From Leucoraja ocellata (taxonomy: Eukaryota): DNA of 64,000 nt. The DNA lies in NCBI GenBank assembly GCA_036785375.1, contig JAWMAR010000073.1, positions 2,294,001 to 2,358,000 on the forward strand. Reading direction: 5' to 3'. The stretch's first letter is position 1. Each line of letters opens with the position of its first letter. The translations under genes and the position numbers were made by a program. Below are positions 24,110 to 37,745 of the stretch, one piece after another. Under the pieces are notes generated by a model. That model was given only the letters and a program-made list of their open reading frames with translations, was not told the DNA's origin and did not search any database.

Positions 24110-24845
24110 TCTGGAACTCTGCATTTGTAATCAGCATCAGAAATCAATTACCCGGTCTAAAATAATCTGCAAAATATTGTTTTGATACAAGTAGATGAAT
24201 GAAAGGCTACTGTAGAGTTTTTTTTATATCAATTAGAAATGTCTGGAGAAGCAGCTTGTAAAGCTGAAAGAACGAGTAAATCAGATTAATTTTAATGTCT
24301 CAAGGATTGATCTTCATCTTTGCAATGCTTCCATTGTTACCTCATTGCACAGAATTTATCTGTTGCCACCTCCATGACTGATGTTGACTGATATTGTATG
24401 CAAGTTGAAGACTTCCACAAGTGATACTATAGTTATTTGACAAATGTTTCCATTTAAAATAATTGAATTAAAAAATCAATTTGCAATTTGTTTGATTCTT
24501 TTTCAAAGCAAACTATTGACCAGTAATGGAGAGGCGATTGAGTATTCTATTTGTTTATTGTATGGGACTGAGTAATATCTCTGCACAGCAGACTCCAAAG
24601 CAAATATCAAATTAACGAAGAGTTACTGCAAACTCCCTACTACAAAGTTCAATCAAGTCGCTGTTGATCTTTTGAACCAATTATTAATTTACTGTTAGCT
24701 GCAAATAACATATTGCAGTGAACTAGAAAGCCCTTTGGCTAATTCATGTTTTCTAAATTGCATCCCTGCAAACAGGGGAGCTACAATGGGTTACCATTGA
24801 CCTTTGCAATCTGGGGATCTAGGATTGCAGTCAACTTGCATATTT

Positions 24846-25231
24846 TCTATTATATATTAAAACTGTGTGGCTGCCGCCTGCCGTTCGGCGTCCGGCTGCC
24901 TTTCTGCCTTTTGATTTGTTCCATCGTGTGATGTCACAATGCCCAATACACTCCTTCCTATCAGCTTCCAACACACTTCAAAACAAAGTTGCAAGACAGG
25001 AACACTGAACTTTTCACCTCAATGGGATATCACAGCAAGTGCTTCAACAGGCAGGGGAGGTGCAATTGGAATTTTTTTCAATCCACTGCTGAGGGAGGCA
25101 GGGGAAGTGCTGGAATCTTACATTTGGGAACGGGTTCATTTCCTTTGGAGGAGACGGGTGCATGGTGGAATATTGGCTTGGGGGATCACACCATTGGGGG
25201 AGCAGACCCAACGGGTCTGCACTTGGTCTAG
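24846..25231 (+). mobile_element. Non-autonomous Helitron
   Basis: 5' TCTAT(T)ATATATTAAAAC; 3' hairpin GCAGACCC-AAC-GGGTCTGC (25202-25220), then ACTTGGTCTAG|T. Confidence 0.85.
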
Positions 25232-25454
25232 TTACCAACAAAAGTCTTTAAATGTGAAAATAGGGATGATTTGATCCAGCTCCAAATGACCATCTACAAT
25301 CCAAAGCTGCTGCCACTTTGTCTCCACGATAATGAAATGTTTGGATTGAGTACTGGTTTTGCTTTTGGCGACTTGACTTGGACATGCTAAATACTGACAA
25401 AAAAGCTTACTGAAAAATTATACAGAAATTGCAAATCATGGTTCTACTCTTGAG

Positions 25455-25803
25455 TTACTTATTGAGGTACCAAGGTCTAAGCGGAAGCTCAGAGGGGATA
25501 GAGCCTTTCTGTTGCTGCTCCGGCACTCTGGAACACCTTGCCGTTGCACATCAGACAGGCCCCCTCACTGTCCATCTTCAAATCCACCCTAAAAACTCAT
25601 TTTTATTCTCTGGCTTTCGACACTGGGTGAGACATTGCTCCTGTTTTTAGTGCTTTTAATGTCTTTTAATTTTTACTGTTTTATAGTCCTTTGTTTTACG
25701 GTTTTTAATGGGTTGTAATAACTTCTTGTCCATGAGTTCTCATGTACAGCACTTTGTGGCAACTGCAGTTGTTTAAAGTGTTTTATAAATAAAGTTATTA
25801 TTG
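25455..25803 (+). mobile_element. L2-clade LINE 3' end
   Basis: Translation with one frameshift: VPRSKRKLRGDRAF..APALWNTLPLHIRQAPSLSIFKSTLKTHFYSLAF; tail TATAAATAAAGTTATTATT. Confidence 0.8.
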
Positions 25804-25889
25804 TGGGAACAATGTTTCTTTGTTATTTTGAGTGTTTTATTGTTCATGCAGGACCTCTGATGGTATGGCAATCTGATTCCTACTCTATT

Positions 25890-27202
25890 GCTAATTAGTC
25901 CAATTGGTTAATGTTTAACCATTGACCAAATGCAGTGCTTGTAAGAGCAATAGTCGTGGGTAGACAAAGAGTTCCCACGGTACTCGGCATTTCTGTTATT
26001 TGTGCGAGTGACTTGTCCGTCTCCCAAGCTTTCCCGTTAAATCTTGAAAGACATTGTAAACTGTCAAGTGTAATTAAATTATCACGTGGCACAAATGATG
26101 GGGGGGAGAGAGAGAAATGAGGGGAGACGTATATACACACACAAAGCAGAGTTTTACTGTGTATGTGGGAGACACAGATGGATTGAGCACAGTACCTCGG
26201 TCTTACTGTGTGTGGGAGAGGGGGAGAAAGAGACCTACACTCACACAGGCAGAGTCTCTCAGCCTGTGTGAGAGGGGGGGAGGGAGAGAGAGAGAGGCAC
26301 ACACAAGGTGGATGTGAAATCTCACCTGCCTGTTTCAGTGACAGACACCCGCCGCCAGTACATGAAGACACCCCCATCTGTCTCCCCCTCCTCTCCCTCG
26401 ACTCCCCCACCTTTCCCTCCCAACTCCACTCCCGTCCCGACCCCCTGGGAAACTGAAGGGAGCAACAGTTAACTGCTGCCTGCCCGCTGAGTTAAAGAGT
26501 TCCCACGGTAGTAAGACGATGTTAGTTGTGCCCAAGTTTAAATTTCCAACGTGTGTTTCAAAGTAAAGAGTCAGCGCAGAATCCTTGATAATCAAAAACT
26601 GTCTGAATCAGCAAGTTAGACACAAAATGCTGGAGTAACTCAGCGGGCCAAGCAGGATCTATCCCTCAAAGAAGTACATGTGAAAAATTTCTCACGGACC
26701 ATAAAAATGCGGGACCTTTCAGTAAAGTTCCTTTTAAAGATTATAGTTATTTTCTTGAATCTCATTAACATAACTCATGAATAAGTTGATGTCCATTTGC
26801 GGATGCTAATCTTTATTTTTTAAATTCAATCCCACAGAAGACAATTTTTACTCGCCTTCTGTCCCCTCTGTCCAGCTTCCGGGTTCACCGTTCGCAGGAG
26901 TTCCCACGGTACACGCAAGAGTCAGTACGGATATCGCACTGGCCACTATGTGCATATAATGTTGCAATGTTCAACCACAAGTGTACAAGTCACTCTTGAG
27001 TAACTTGGTGACTCGGGAGAAAATTCAAACAAGCTTGTTGTTTGAATTTTCTCCCGAGTCACCAAGTTACACGAGTACCTGCCGTTAGCGCCACGGTGGT
27101 CCACGGTGGTCCACGAATGCCGTACGGTTATCGCAAGAGTTTCCCACGATGTTCAACTCTGGTTAACTCTTGCGTTAAGTCGCCCCGTGAGAAAGGGGTT
27201 TA
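25890..27202. mobile_element. Harbinger-like non-autonomous element; only the right end is recognisable
   Basis: Right end CGTGAGAAAGGGGTTTAA resembles the GTGGGACAGGCCC-TTA ends elsewhere in the window; repeated GAGTTCCCACGGTA motifs; internal palindrome. Confidence 0.5.
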
Positions 27203-27399
27203 AGTTATTGAAGCAAAGACTATTCAGATTTAAATGAGTCTACTGTCATATACACCAATGTGCAATGAAAATCTTAGTTTGTATGAAGCTCATAGAGTAA
27301 AGATAAATACATTAAGCATAACTAATGCAAAAACAGCAGAATGGTGCAAAGATTCTAGTGCAAACTGAAGTAGTATTTAAAACAAAAAACTAAAGCATA

Positions 27400-28025
27400 A
27401 TCACAGAATAGCCAAATGAGGATAGAATTTGTGTGTGGAGTCAGAGGATGTGGATATATATTAAATGAGTACTTTTGATCTGTACTCACCAAGGTGAAGG
27501 AAATGGGGAACAGTGAGATCAGTGTGAGGAGGACATATGCTGGGCAGTTTGAGGTCAAGGAGGTGTTGGTGATGGGGCTCTTGAAGAGCATTAAGGTTGA
27601 TAAATCCCCTGGTTATTCGGGTATCCAGCCCAGGTTATGGAGAAGAGATTGAGAGGAGACGTAATAGAAGTGTAAATAATTATGACGGGCATAGATAAGT
27701 TAGAGCTGTTAGACACAATCGTTCTCCCAGGGTGGAAATGTCAAAGACTTGAGAGCATGGTATTAAGGTCAGTGGGCAAAGTTTAAAGGAGATGAGCAGA
27801 GCAAGCGGAGTGTGGTGAGTGCCTGGAACATGCTGCTAGGGATGGTGGTGGAGGCAGATAAAATAGTGGCATTTAAGAGGCTTTTAGATTATCACATGGC
27901 TATACCGAGAAAGGCAGGATATGGAACACATGCTGGGTGGTGCTTAAACTAAGTTTAAGCTGGCAACATGTTTGGCATGGACATTGTTAGTGGAAGTGTC
28001 TGTTCCTTTGCGGTATGTTCTATGA
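27400..28025 (+). mobile_element. Degraded, internally deleted CR1
   Basis: AAGGTTGATAAATCCCCTGG (KVDKSPG) followed directly by 3' motifs GCCTGGAAC and TTTAAGAGGCTTTTAGA. Confidence 0.7.
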
Positions 28026-30511
28026 TTTGTTTTGGATTAGCAGCCCTACAAATTTTGATGGCAGTCAGCTGAAGACCAGGAACCTGGATGATTTTTCTGC
28101 ATATTCTTTGGGAGGATTTAAAATGGGATGGGACAGATAGTTATTGTAACCTCAAGTCATTCATTTCTGAGATTCTTGGAGAACAGTGTGAATCCAGCCT
28201 GCTCCATATGGATTGTCTTTTTTTTAAAACACGCAATGCATTTGCTAGTGAAGAATTTCATTATGGATTGGACATATATTTTAAACTGCTTAGTTAACAG
28301 TTGACCAAACTTGTTTACTTATGTCATGTGCCAGATCTGCATGAGGTTCATACACTCCCTAGTGTGGATTAATAAGAATGCTGACTTGTTCCATATTTTC
28401 TTCCCCTTCAGGCTGACGAGCATTTGACTGTGGATAGAATCTGGAGCCCTTCCTGTCTGGAAAACCTTAAGATATTTAATTATGCAACAAGACACCGGGG
28501 AGTAGCAATGCTTTAGGGAGCTCTGAGTTTTATCAGACTAATTTTATTATGTAAAGAATTCAGTAACTGTTTCTCCCAACCCATCAAAAGCATTTTTTTT
28601 CATTTTCAATGAGAAGATCATGACTTGAAGACTTTAAGAAGAGAGGATGCAATGATATCTCTCAAACTTAATTACACTTGCCACTTGTGTTTTGAACTGA
28701 TAGGAGTGTGATTATGATTTCTCTCAAAGTTCTGCTATTCCCTTTGCCCGTCAGCAAGAGGATAAATTATTCTTTGAGACATGTTAATTTCCTCGTCCAT
28801 CTGACCTTAATTATGGCTGATCAATGCCATTTGAAGTACTGTAGATTGCCATGTATGCAAAGCATAATAAATTGTTCCAGTAACTCTCCATTGCCTGATT
28901 TATTTAACTTGATTACAGCACTTGACAATGAGGAAAGGGCTGCAGCATTTTAATTCGCTTGAGATTTGTAAAGTGCCCATGAATGCCATCTCCATGTTCC
29001 AAAATCTAATTTTATGAGACCTTGTAAGTAATGGCTGAGATAAGCAGTGTCATGGTCAGAATGTAGAGGGGAATCAGATTGTTTTCCACTGGCTGTGAGA
29101 ATATGGATGCCGCTTGCAAGAAAAGCATTTATTGCTGAATCCTATGTACCCTTTGAGACAACAACGAGTCTTCTTCTTAACTATTGTATTCCATGTGGAG
29201 AAGCTACTTGCACTATGTTGATTAGAGCTTCAGGATTTTGGTTCAATTATAAAAGTATATTCCATGTTTAGATCAATATGTGGGATTTGGAAGCAAGTGG
29301 TCACTTCTGATGGTGTCCCCATGCAGTTGCATCTTTTATCCTTTGTTAGTGGCTATCATGGGGGGTTCTGCTGAAGATGCCTTGGTGATCCATTATATTC
29401 TGTAGGTAGTCAAGGTGTATCAGCAGTTGATCTTTAAGTTGATTGATGTGTTGACGATAGACTAACAAATTTTAGAACTTGCATAAGCATAACACTTGCA
29501 TATGCGTTGACTTTCAGAATATCGGTGAGTGAATTAGTAGTGGCAATGGCTCAATAATAGATTGCTCTCCTGTTGGATATACTGTTTGTATGTGGGTGGT
29601 GCAAATATTGCTGTCTGCTAATCAGCCCAACAAGGTCTTGCTACATATGGGTATTGACTGCTTCCTTATCGAGGATCACTAGGTGGAAATTAACATTGTG
29701 CAATTATTAGACCTCAAACATTCCTTACTTGTTTATTTGAAGTCTGCACATTGCTTTACAAAAACTAATTTGTACAATCATTCATGGCAAACCAGAGGAA
29801 ACTTTCTCAAGATCTAAATTCTATTCCTTCATCCTTCACTAAATTTGCTATTTGAAATGTTATTGATGAAAAAATAGCTGATTTCTCATCAAATCAAACC
29901 TTAAATTTACTTTTGTATTTGGTTTGAATTGTGTTTGGTCTGCCTAGAGAGAACTTGCAATAACATCTGCACAAACCAGCAGTTTATTGTGCAGAAACAT
30001 TGCCAAATGTTGTGACTGTTGTGATGGCTGTAAAGATGCATATTGTGTTTGGTGATGAGCTATGTGCATTTTGATTTTTTATTGAACATCAGGTTGAATA
30101 GTTAAAAATATTAATTGTGTAAACTCTTTTATTGGTACTGGATGGTACCAGAATTTAAAATTGCCCCACAGGTCTATAATGGTGTATATAGTTTCAGCAC
30201 ACATCTTCACAGCCTACATCTAATCTCAAACATACTATCTTGTGTACTTATCCATTTTTTCCCCTTAAACTCATCTGTGTTATTTGCTTCAAGCATTCCA
30301 TCTACTTTAAAGTTCTGCATCCTAAAACATTTCTCTAGGAGAACTTATTTTCCCCCTGAAATCTCTTTTGGCTTCCTAAGTATTATTCTTGTACTTCTGG
30401 CCAATAATTTTGGGTTACATACTCAGAAACATTTTCTTTGTGCTTATTACCAATTGCCATTGTAATTTTAAAGCCTTATGGTATCCCTCCGTTTTGAATT
30501 TTCCTGTAGAA

Positions 30512-30748
30512 GCATAGAAACCTAGACAAAGGGTGCAGGAGTTGGTCATTCGGCCGTTCCAGCCAGCACCACCATTCAATATAATCATGGCTGATCAGGC
30601 TTTTTCCCCATATCCCTTGCTTCCCTTAGCCCGAAGAGCTAAATCTAACTGTCTTGAAAACATCCAGTGGATTGGCCTCTACTGCCTTCTGTGACAGAGA
30701 ATTTCACAGATTCATAACTCTCTGGGTGAAAAAGTTCTTCCTCATCTC
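30512..30748 (-). mobile_element. CR1 3' end fragment
   Basis: CATAGAAAC tail, GGTGCAGGAG..CATTCGGCC, CACAGATTCATAACTCTCTGGGTGAAAA. Confidence 0.8.
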
Positions 30749-31699
30749 ATGATTCTGTTGTTATTGAAGGAACTATTAGTGTACCTGTTCGGGATTTTCT
30801 ATCTTTGCAATTTTTGTTTACTTTTGTGTTGTGCAGCATTTTGCCACTTAATGTAACAGCAGGGAAACTTGGAGTAAGATAAACCATGGAGCATCACAGC
30901 TTGCTTTAATCAAATTTATATTGTTAACACTGGGCGGCTTTTAGTTTATATTCCCAAATGTTATGATTTTTGTATTTGGTAATTATTACTTGGGTTTGAG
31001 CAGTGGTTGTCCATTGTGGTGAATGCTTATAGCAGTAGTGTGTCTTGTACTGACTGGGTTATTTTTCTGATATGTTGAGAAAGGGAACACACTCTGTGAT
31101 ATATTGTAATGAATCAGATTTGGATAATAGCTTAGTAAAGTGTGAATTTTAATCTAAAAGCAATTTTAATATGATCAAGTTCAACGTAGTGTTAGAAAGA
31201 GAACAAAAAGCTGCTACAAAGATTCATAGTTTGGGAATATGATAATGGATTATTTCCATGGCAAGCATTTGCTAATTGATAAAATCATTGTAAACCAGTG
31301 ACAGATGGAGTTTGTTTTGTAAAACCAGTTTATGTCTCTTACAAAATGAGTGCAACTTGAAATAAGACATGTATGACTCGAGTAAAAGATGCTCGATGGT
31401 GGAATTGCAGACCAAGATTATCTAAAACAAGTTGTTATCAACCTTATCTACTTCCGCCTCTGCTATCTTGGCATTCAAGTTAATGATGTAAAACTTCACA
31501 AACTCGTACTTGCACACAGTGTCTTGAATACTAAAATAAACTGTCTTTGGACTCTTACTGTCTCTGTAGTGTACATATAACGTGCATTATATTTGGCCCA
31601 ATCTATCCTTTTAGAGGTTCTATATCTATCCTTTTCATTGGGTATTTGGAAAATGTATTTACCTTATCTATACTTTATCTTGCACTGAACTGGAACCAC

Positions 31700-34600
31700 A
31701 GGAGATGGGCAAGGTCCTCAATGAGCATTTCTCCTCTGTATTTACCGAGGAGAAAGACAGTAGGACGGAGGAACTTGGGGTAGTCAATGGAAGTGTCTTG
31801 AGAGCAGTCAGTGTTACTGTCGAAGTACTGAAGGTACTATCGTGTATGAAAGAAGACAAATCTCCAGGGCCTGATTAGATATATTCAAGGACATTTTGGG
31901 AAATTGGCGAGGAAATTGCCAGAGCCCTGGTTGAAATTTACGAGTTGGCCTTAAATACAGGAGAGGTGCCGGAAGACTGGAGGGTGGCAAATGTTGTGCC
32001 TCTATTCAAGAAGGGCTGCAGGGAATATGCTGGGAACTGTAGGCTGGTGAGCTTAACACCTGTAATTGGAAAGTTACTAGAGAGTATTCTGACTGCAGTT
32101 GTACAGGGTCTTGGTGAGACCACACCTGGAGTATTGCGTACAGTTTTGGTCTCCACATCTGAGGAAGGACATTCTTGCCATAGAGGGAGTACAGAGAAGG
32201 TTCACCAGACTGATTCCTGGGATGTCAGGACTGTCTTATGAAGAAAGACTGGATAGACTTGGTTTATACTCTCTAGAATTTAGGAGATTGAGAGGGGATC
32301 TTATAGAAACTTACAAAATTCTTAAGGGGTTGGACAGGCTAGATGCAGGAAGATTGCTCCCGATGTTGGGGAAGTCCAGGACAAGGGGTCACAGCTTAAG
32401 GATCAGGGGGAAATCCTTTAAAACCGAGATGAGAAGAACTTTTTTCACACAGAGTGGTGAATCGCTGGAACTCTCTGCCACAGAGGGTAGTCGAGGCCAG
32501 TTCATTGGCTATATTTAAGAGGGAGTTAGATGTGGCCCTTGTGGCTAAGGGGATCAGAGGGTATGGAGAGAAGGCAGGTACGGGATACTGAGTTGGATGA
32601 TCAGCCATGATCATATTGAATGGCGGTGCAGGCTCGAAGGGCCGAATGGCCTACTCCTGCACCTAATTTCTATGGTTCTATGTCTATGTTTCTACATCAA
32701 TACTGAACCCCCAATACCGTGTGCTTTAGGTTTGCATACTAATCTCTTATGTGGGACCTTGTCGAAAGCCTTCTGAAAGTCCAGATATAACACATTCCTT
32801 ATCCACTCTACTAGTTACATCCTCGAAAAATTCTATAAGATTCGTCAGACATGATTTACCTTTCATAAATCCATGCTGATTTTGTCCAATGATTGCACCA
32901 CTTTCCAAATGTGCTGCTATCCCATCTTTAATAACTGACTAGCATTTTCCCCACTACCGATGTTAGACTAACTGGTCTGCAATTCCCTGTTTTCTCTCTC
33001 CCTCCCTTTTCAAAAAGTAGGGTTACATTAACTACCCTCCAATCCTCAGGAACTATTCCAGAATCTAAAGAGTTTTGAAAAATTATCACTAATGCATCCA
33101 CTATTTCTGGGGCTACTTCCTTCAGCACTCTGAAATGCAGCCTATCTGGCACTGGGGATTTATCGGCCTTTAATCCATTCAATTTACCTAACACCACTTC
33201 CCGACTAACCTGGATTTCACTCAGTTCCTCCATCTCATTTGACCCGCGGTCTCCTGCTATTTCCGGCAGATTATTTATGTCTTCCTTAGTGAAGACTGAA
33301 CCAAAGTAGTTATTCAATTGGTCTGCCATGTCCTTGTTCCCCATGATCAATGCACCTGTTTCTGACTGCAAGGCACCTACGTTTGTTTTAACTAATCTTT
33401 TTCTCTTCACATATATATAAAAGCTTTTGCAGTCAGTTTTTATGTTCCCTGCCAGTTTCCTTTCATAATCTATTTTCCCTTTCCTAATTAAGCCCTTTGT
33501 CCTTCTCTGCTGGACTCTGAATTTCTCCCAGTACTCTGGTAGGCTGCTTTTTTCTGGCTAATTTGTATGCTTCATCTTTTGTTTTGATACTATCCCTGAT
33601 TTCCCTTGTTATCCACGGATGCATTACCTCCCCTGATTTATTCTTTTGCCAAACTTGGATGAACAATTGTAGTTCACCCATGCGGTCTTAAAATACCTTC
33701 CATTGCATATCCACCACCAACCATTTAAGAATCAATTGCCAGTTTATCTTGGCCAATTCACGTCTCATACCCTTTCTTTAACTTCAGAATTCTTGTTTCT
33801 GAATTAACTATATCTTTCTCCATCCGAATGAAGAATTCAACCATATTATGGTCACTCTTGCCCAAGGGGCCACGCACAACAAGACTGCTAACTAACCCAT
33901 CCTCATTACTCATACCTAATCTAGAATAGCCTGCTCTCTCGTTGGTTCCTCTACATGTTGGTTTAGAAAACTATCCCGCATCCATTCGAAGAAATCCTCT
34001 TCCTCAGTACCTCAGCCAATTTGATTCACCCAATCTGTATGTAGATTGAAGTCACGCATTATAACTGTTTGATGCCATCCCCAACTCCACTACTACTGTT
34101 AGGTGGCCTGTACACAACTCCTACTAGCGTTTTCTGCCCCTTAGTGTTTTGCAGAGCTACCCATATCGATTCCACATCCTCTAAGCTAATGTCCTTCCTT
34201 TCTATTGCGTTAATCTCCTCTCTGACCAGCAACGCATCTACATCAATGATTTGGATGAGAACATACAGGGCAAGATTAGCAAGTTAGCTGAAGATACAAA
34301 AGTGGGTGGTTTTGCAGATAGTGAAGATGGTTGTGAAAGATTGCAGCCGGATCTGGATCGATTGGCCGGGTGGGCTGGGGAATGGTTGATGTAATTTAAT
34401 ACAGAGAAATGTGAGGTGTTGCATTTTGGGACGTCTAATAAGGGCAGGACCTACACGGTGAATGGTCGGCCTCGGAAGAGTGTTGTAGAGCAGAGGGATA
34501 TAGGAGTACAGGTGCATGGTTCCTTGAAGGTCGAGTTGCAGGTAGATAAGGTGGTCAAAAAGGCTTTTGGCACATTGGCCTTCATCAGTCAGAGTATTGA

Positions 34601-35005
34601 GTATAGAAATTGGGAGGTTATGTTGCAGTTGTATAAGACACTGATGAGGACGCATTTAGAGTATTATGTTCAGTTCTGGGCACCATGTTGTAGGAAAGAT
34701 ATTGTCAAGCTTGAAAGGGTTCAGAGAAGATTTACGAGGCTGTTGCCAGGACTAGAGTATCTGAGCTATAGGGAGAGGTTGAGTCGGCTGGGTCTCTATT
34801 CCTTGGAGCGTAGGAGGATGAGGGGTGATCTTATAGAGGTGTATAAAATCATGAGAGAAATAAATCTGGTCGATGCACAGAATCTGATGCCCAGAGTGGT
34901 GGAATCAAGGATCAGAAGACATAGGTTCATGGTGAAGGGGAAAAGATTTAATAGGAATCCGAGGGGTAACTTTTTCACACATGGAACAAGCTGCCAGAGG
35001 AGCTT
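31700..35005. mobile_element. Composite CR1 locus: subfamily B (+; 31700-32090 and 34237-35005) interrupted by subfamily A 3' end (+; 32091-32695) and a subfamily A internal fragment (-; 32702-34236)
   Basis: ORFs 32099-32518 (+), 32928-33410 (-) and 34416-35018 (+) are all CR1 ORF2; TTCTATG tail near 32668-32694; TCTACATCAAT direct repeat around the inverted part. Confidence 0.88.
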
Positions 35006-35299
35006 AGCACACAACTAAAGCTTTTCACTGTACCTCTGTACACATGACAATAAACTAAACTATATCTTTTCCCACCTCCCACAAAATAAATGATGCGTTA
35101 ATAATTAATCTTCACAGATTTCAAAAATAGTGTTAATTGTTTTTTTGACATTTGATTTTCTGCAATTTTAATACTCTTTTGTGACAGTTATTTAAATCCA
35201 ATATTTCCTAATCAATATGTTGTTAACTTTATTCAACTATTCTATCGCAAGGTGGTCTCAACTATACTGCAAGGTGACCCTAACTATTGACTACTATAT

Positions 35300-36570
35300 G
35301 ATCAAGTTAAGAACAGTAAAAGTTAACAATATTATAATTGCAGAAAGAGTTTGAAGAAACGGGCACTGGGCCAGCAATTTTTGAACTGCGTTAGGAAAAG
35401 GAGGTGAGACAAAGCCCGTGGGCCCGTAGATATGCTAAGAATGTTAGGGTAATGAAAGCAGTGAATAGATGGAATAATTGTTTTCCTCTAGATTAGAGAA
35501 TATTTAAATATCATGAGGAATGATTACAATTAGCATAGCCAAACCAGAGATAACAAATAAATTAATGACAAAAAGACGCATCCTTAGAACCATCCCCGTG
35601 TTTTAAGATATTAGATGAGAACATCACAGGGGCCCTTACTCTAGCTGTCCTCTCAATTCTGAAATTCATTCCTTTCAGTTGGAAAATTGTGCGCGTCTAA
35701 TTAAGGGTGTAATTTTGTGAATTTTTAGTTGATTGGGTTTATAAAGGTTAGATTATGCCAGGTTTGGTTATGCCAGATAAATCCTCCTATGACACATTCT
35801 GGCAGCTATAGAATAAATGTAACTATAGTAAAGGTCATGAATGTACATGTACATATTTTTTGAAAATGGCATGACACATAGCGAGCGGAATTTGTAAAGC
35901 ATATGGCATTGAGAATGCGCATACTCCGTACAGACAGCACCCGTAGTCAACCGTAGTTGATTATGAAGATTTGCCTTTTCAAAAGACAATCATATTGGGA
36001 TTTACAGGAAAGGGCAGGGGAATGGGACCAATGGGATTATTCTTCAAAGAGGCAATATGGATTTAAATAGTCTCCTTTGGCACCATGCCAATCCAGTGAC
36101 TGGATTTTTAGATGAAGTTATGGAAATGCAAAAGGATGTTTTTATATATGGATTTCCAGAGATTATTTTATAAGATTTGCCTTGCAGGACTGTAAAATTA
36201 AATAGAGGCCCATGGATTGAATGCAAATTATTGTTTGTGCTAGGAAATTGAATGAATGGCAGTGGACTTGAGGAACACAAACAGAAATTTAAAGTTGATA
36301 TCATGCACAGAGGCCATCACTTTGTAGCCTTTATGATATCTAGAGGTCTGGAGTACTAGACGATTGAAGTTATAGATGAGAAACTAAGGTTAGATCAAAC
36401 GTCAGCTATTGTGAGTAGTCAAGGCTTCACTTAAAAGTGATATATTGACCCTGAAAGAATTACTGTAATTATACTTGGAATATGTGGCATATGAAGTTGA
36501 GACCACAGATCAGCCATCGTCTTGTCTCATTGCTTGGTGGATCAGATTCAAGGGGATAAATAAACTGCTA
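35300..36570 (+). mobile_element. Ancient degraded CR1 remnant
   Basis: Weak motifs (CATCCCCGTGTTTTAAG, TATATGGATTTCCAGA, GATCAGCCAT). Confidence 0.45.
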
Positions 36571-37096
36571 CTCTACCTAAATGACAGTTGAAAAAAGGAA
36601 CTTATTTTTGCTTTGAATTGAATGCTCCAGCTGTGCCATTGATAACTGTCACGCCATCAATGTAGCTACTCTGATACAGAAAACACTCAAATGCATTTAT
36701 CATTGAGTTTCATATCCTCACCCTCTACTTGACTAACCTCAAGTTTAGTAATGATACAAATGTATTTTTGAAGATATTTTCATGCATGGGAAGTCTTAAG
36801 ATGTGTGTTATAGATAAAGGCACTAATAAATTCAATAGAAACGTCTTCACTGAGAAGTGAATCTTATCAGATGGAGACGATCTATATTGTCAGACAAAGA
36901 AATGAAGAAAGAATAGAATATGTTGGTTGGGTTAAATAAAGAAATGTGGCATTTGAAACAGCATTGACATTAATAATTTTGCTTATTTTTTGAACTATAT
37001 TTACATTCTATTTTTCCAATACAAATTTTTAATAGTGCCCTAAAATTGTATTTTGTTTCATTCTATCTGAAATTTCTTTAGACCGTGTGCAGGCAA

Positions 37097-37745
37097 ACAT
37101 AGAAAACTAGAAAGTAGGTGCAGGGGTAGGCCATTCGGCTCTTCGAGCCAGCACCGCCATTCAATATGATCATGGCTGATCATCTGAAATCAGTACCCCG
37201 TTCTTGCTTTTTCCCTATATCCCTTAATTCCTTTAGACCAAAGAACTAAATCTAACTCTTTCTTGACAGCATCCAGTGAATTTGCCTCCACTGCCTTCTG
37301 TGGCAGAGAATTCCACAAATTCACAACTCTCTGGGTGAAAAAGATTTTCCTTATCTCAGTCCTAAATGGCCTACCCCTTTTTCTTAAATTGTGACACCTG
37401 GTTCTGGACTCCCCCAACATCGGGAACATTTTTCCTGCATCTAGCCTGTCCAATCCTTTAAGAATTTTATATGTTTCTATATAATCCTCTCTCATCCTTC
37501 TAAATTCCAGCGAATGCAAGCCCAGTCGACCCATTCTTTCATCATATATCAGTCCCGCCATCCCGGGAATTAACCTTGTGAAGCTATGCTGCACTCTCTC
37601 AATAGCAATAATGTCCTTCCTCAAATTTGAAGACCAAAACTGTACACAATACTCCAGGTGCTGTCTCACCAGGGCCCTGCACAACTGCAGTAGGATCTTC
37701 TTGCTCCTAAACTCAAATCCTCTCACAATGAAGGCCACCATGCCC
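37097..37745 (-). mobile_element. 5'-truncated CR1 (ORF2 C-terminus plus 3' UTR)
   Basis: ORF 37190-37759: HLEYCVQFWS, FFTQRVVNLWNSLP. Confidence 0.92.

Noticed and set aside
31445-31530. Possible minus-strand exon IQDTVCKYEFVKFYIINLNAKIAEAEVDK
   Set aside because: Weak donor, no recognisable protein, no partner exons
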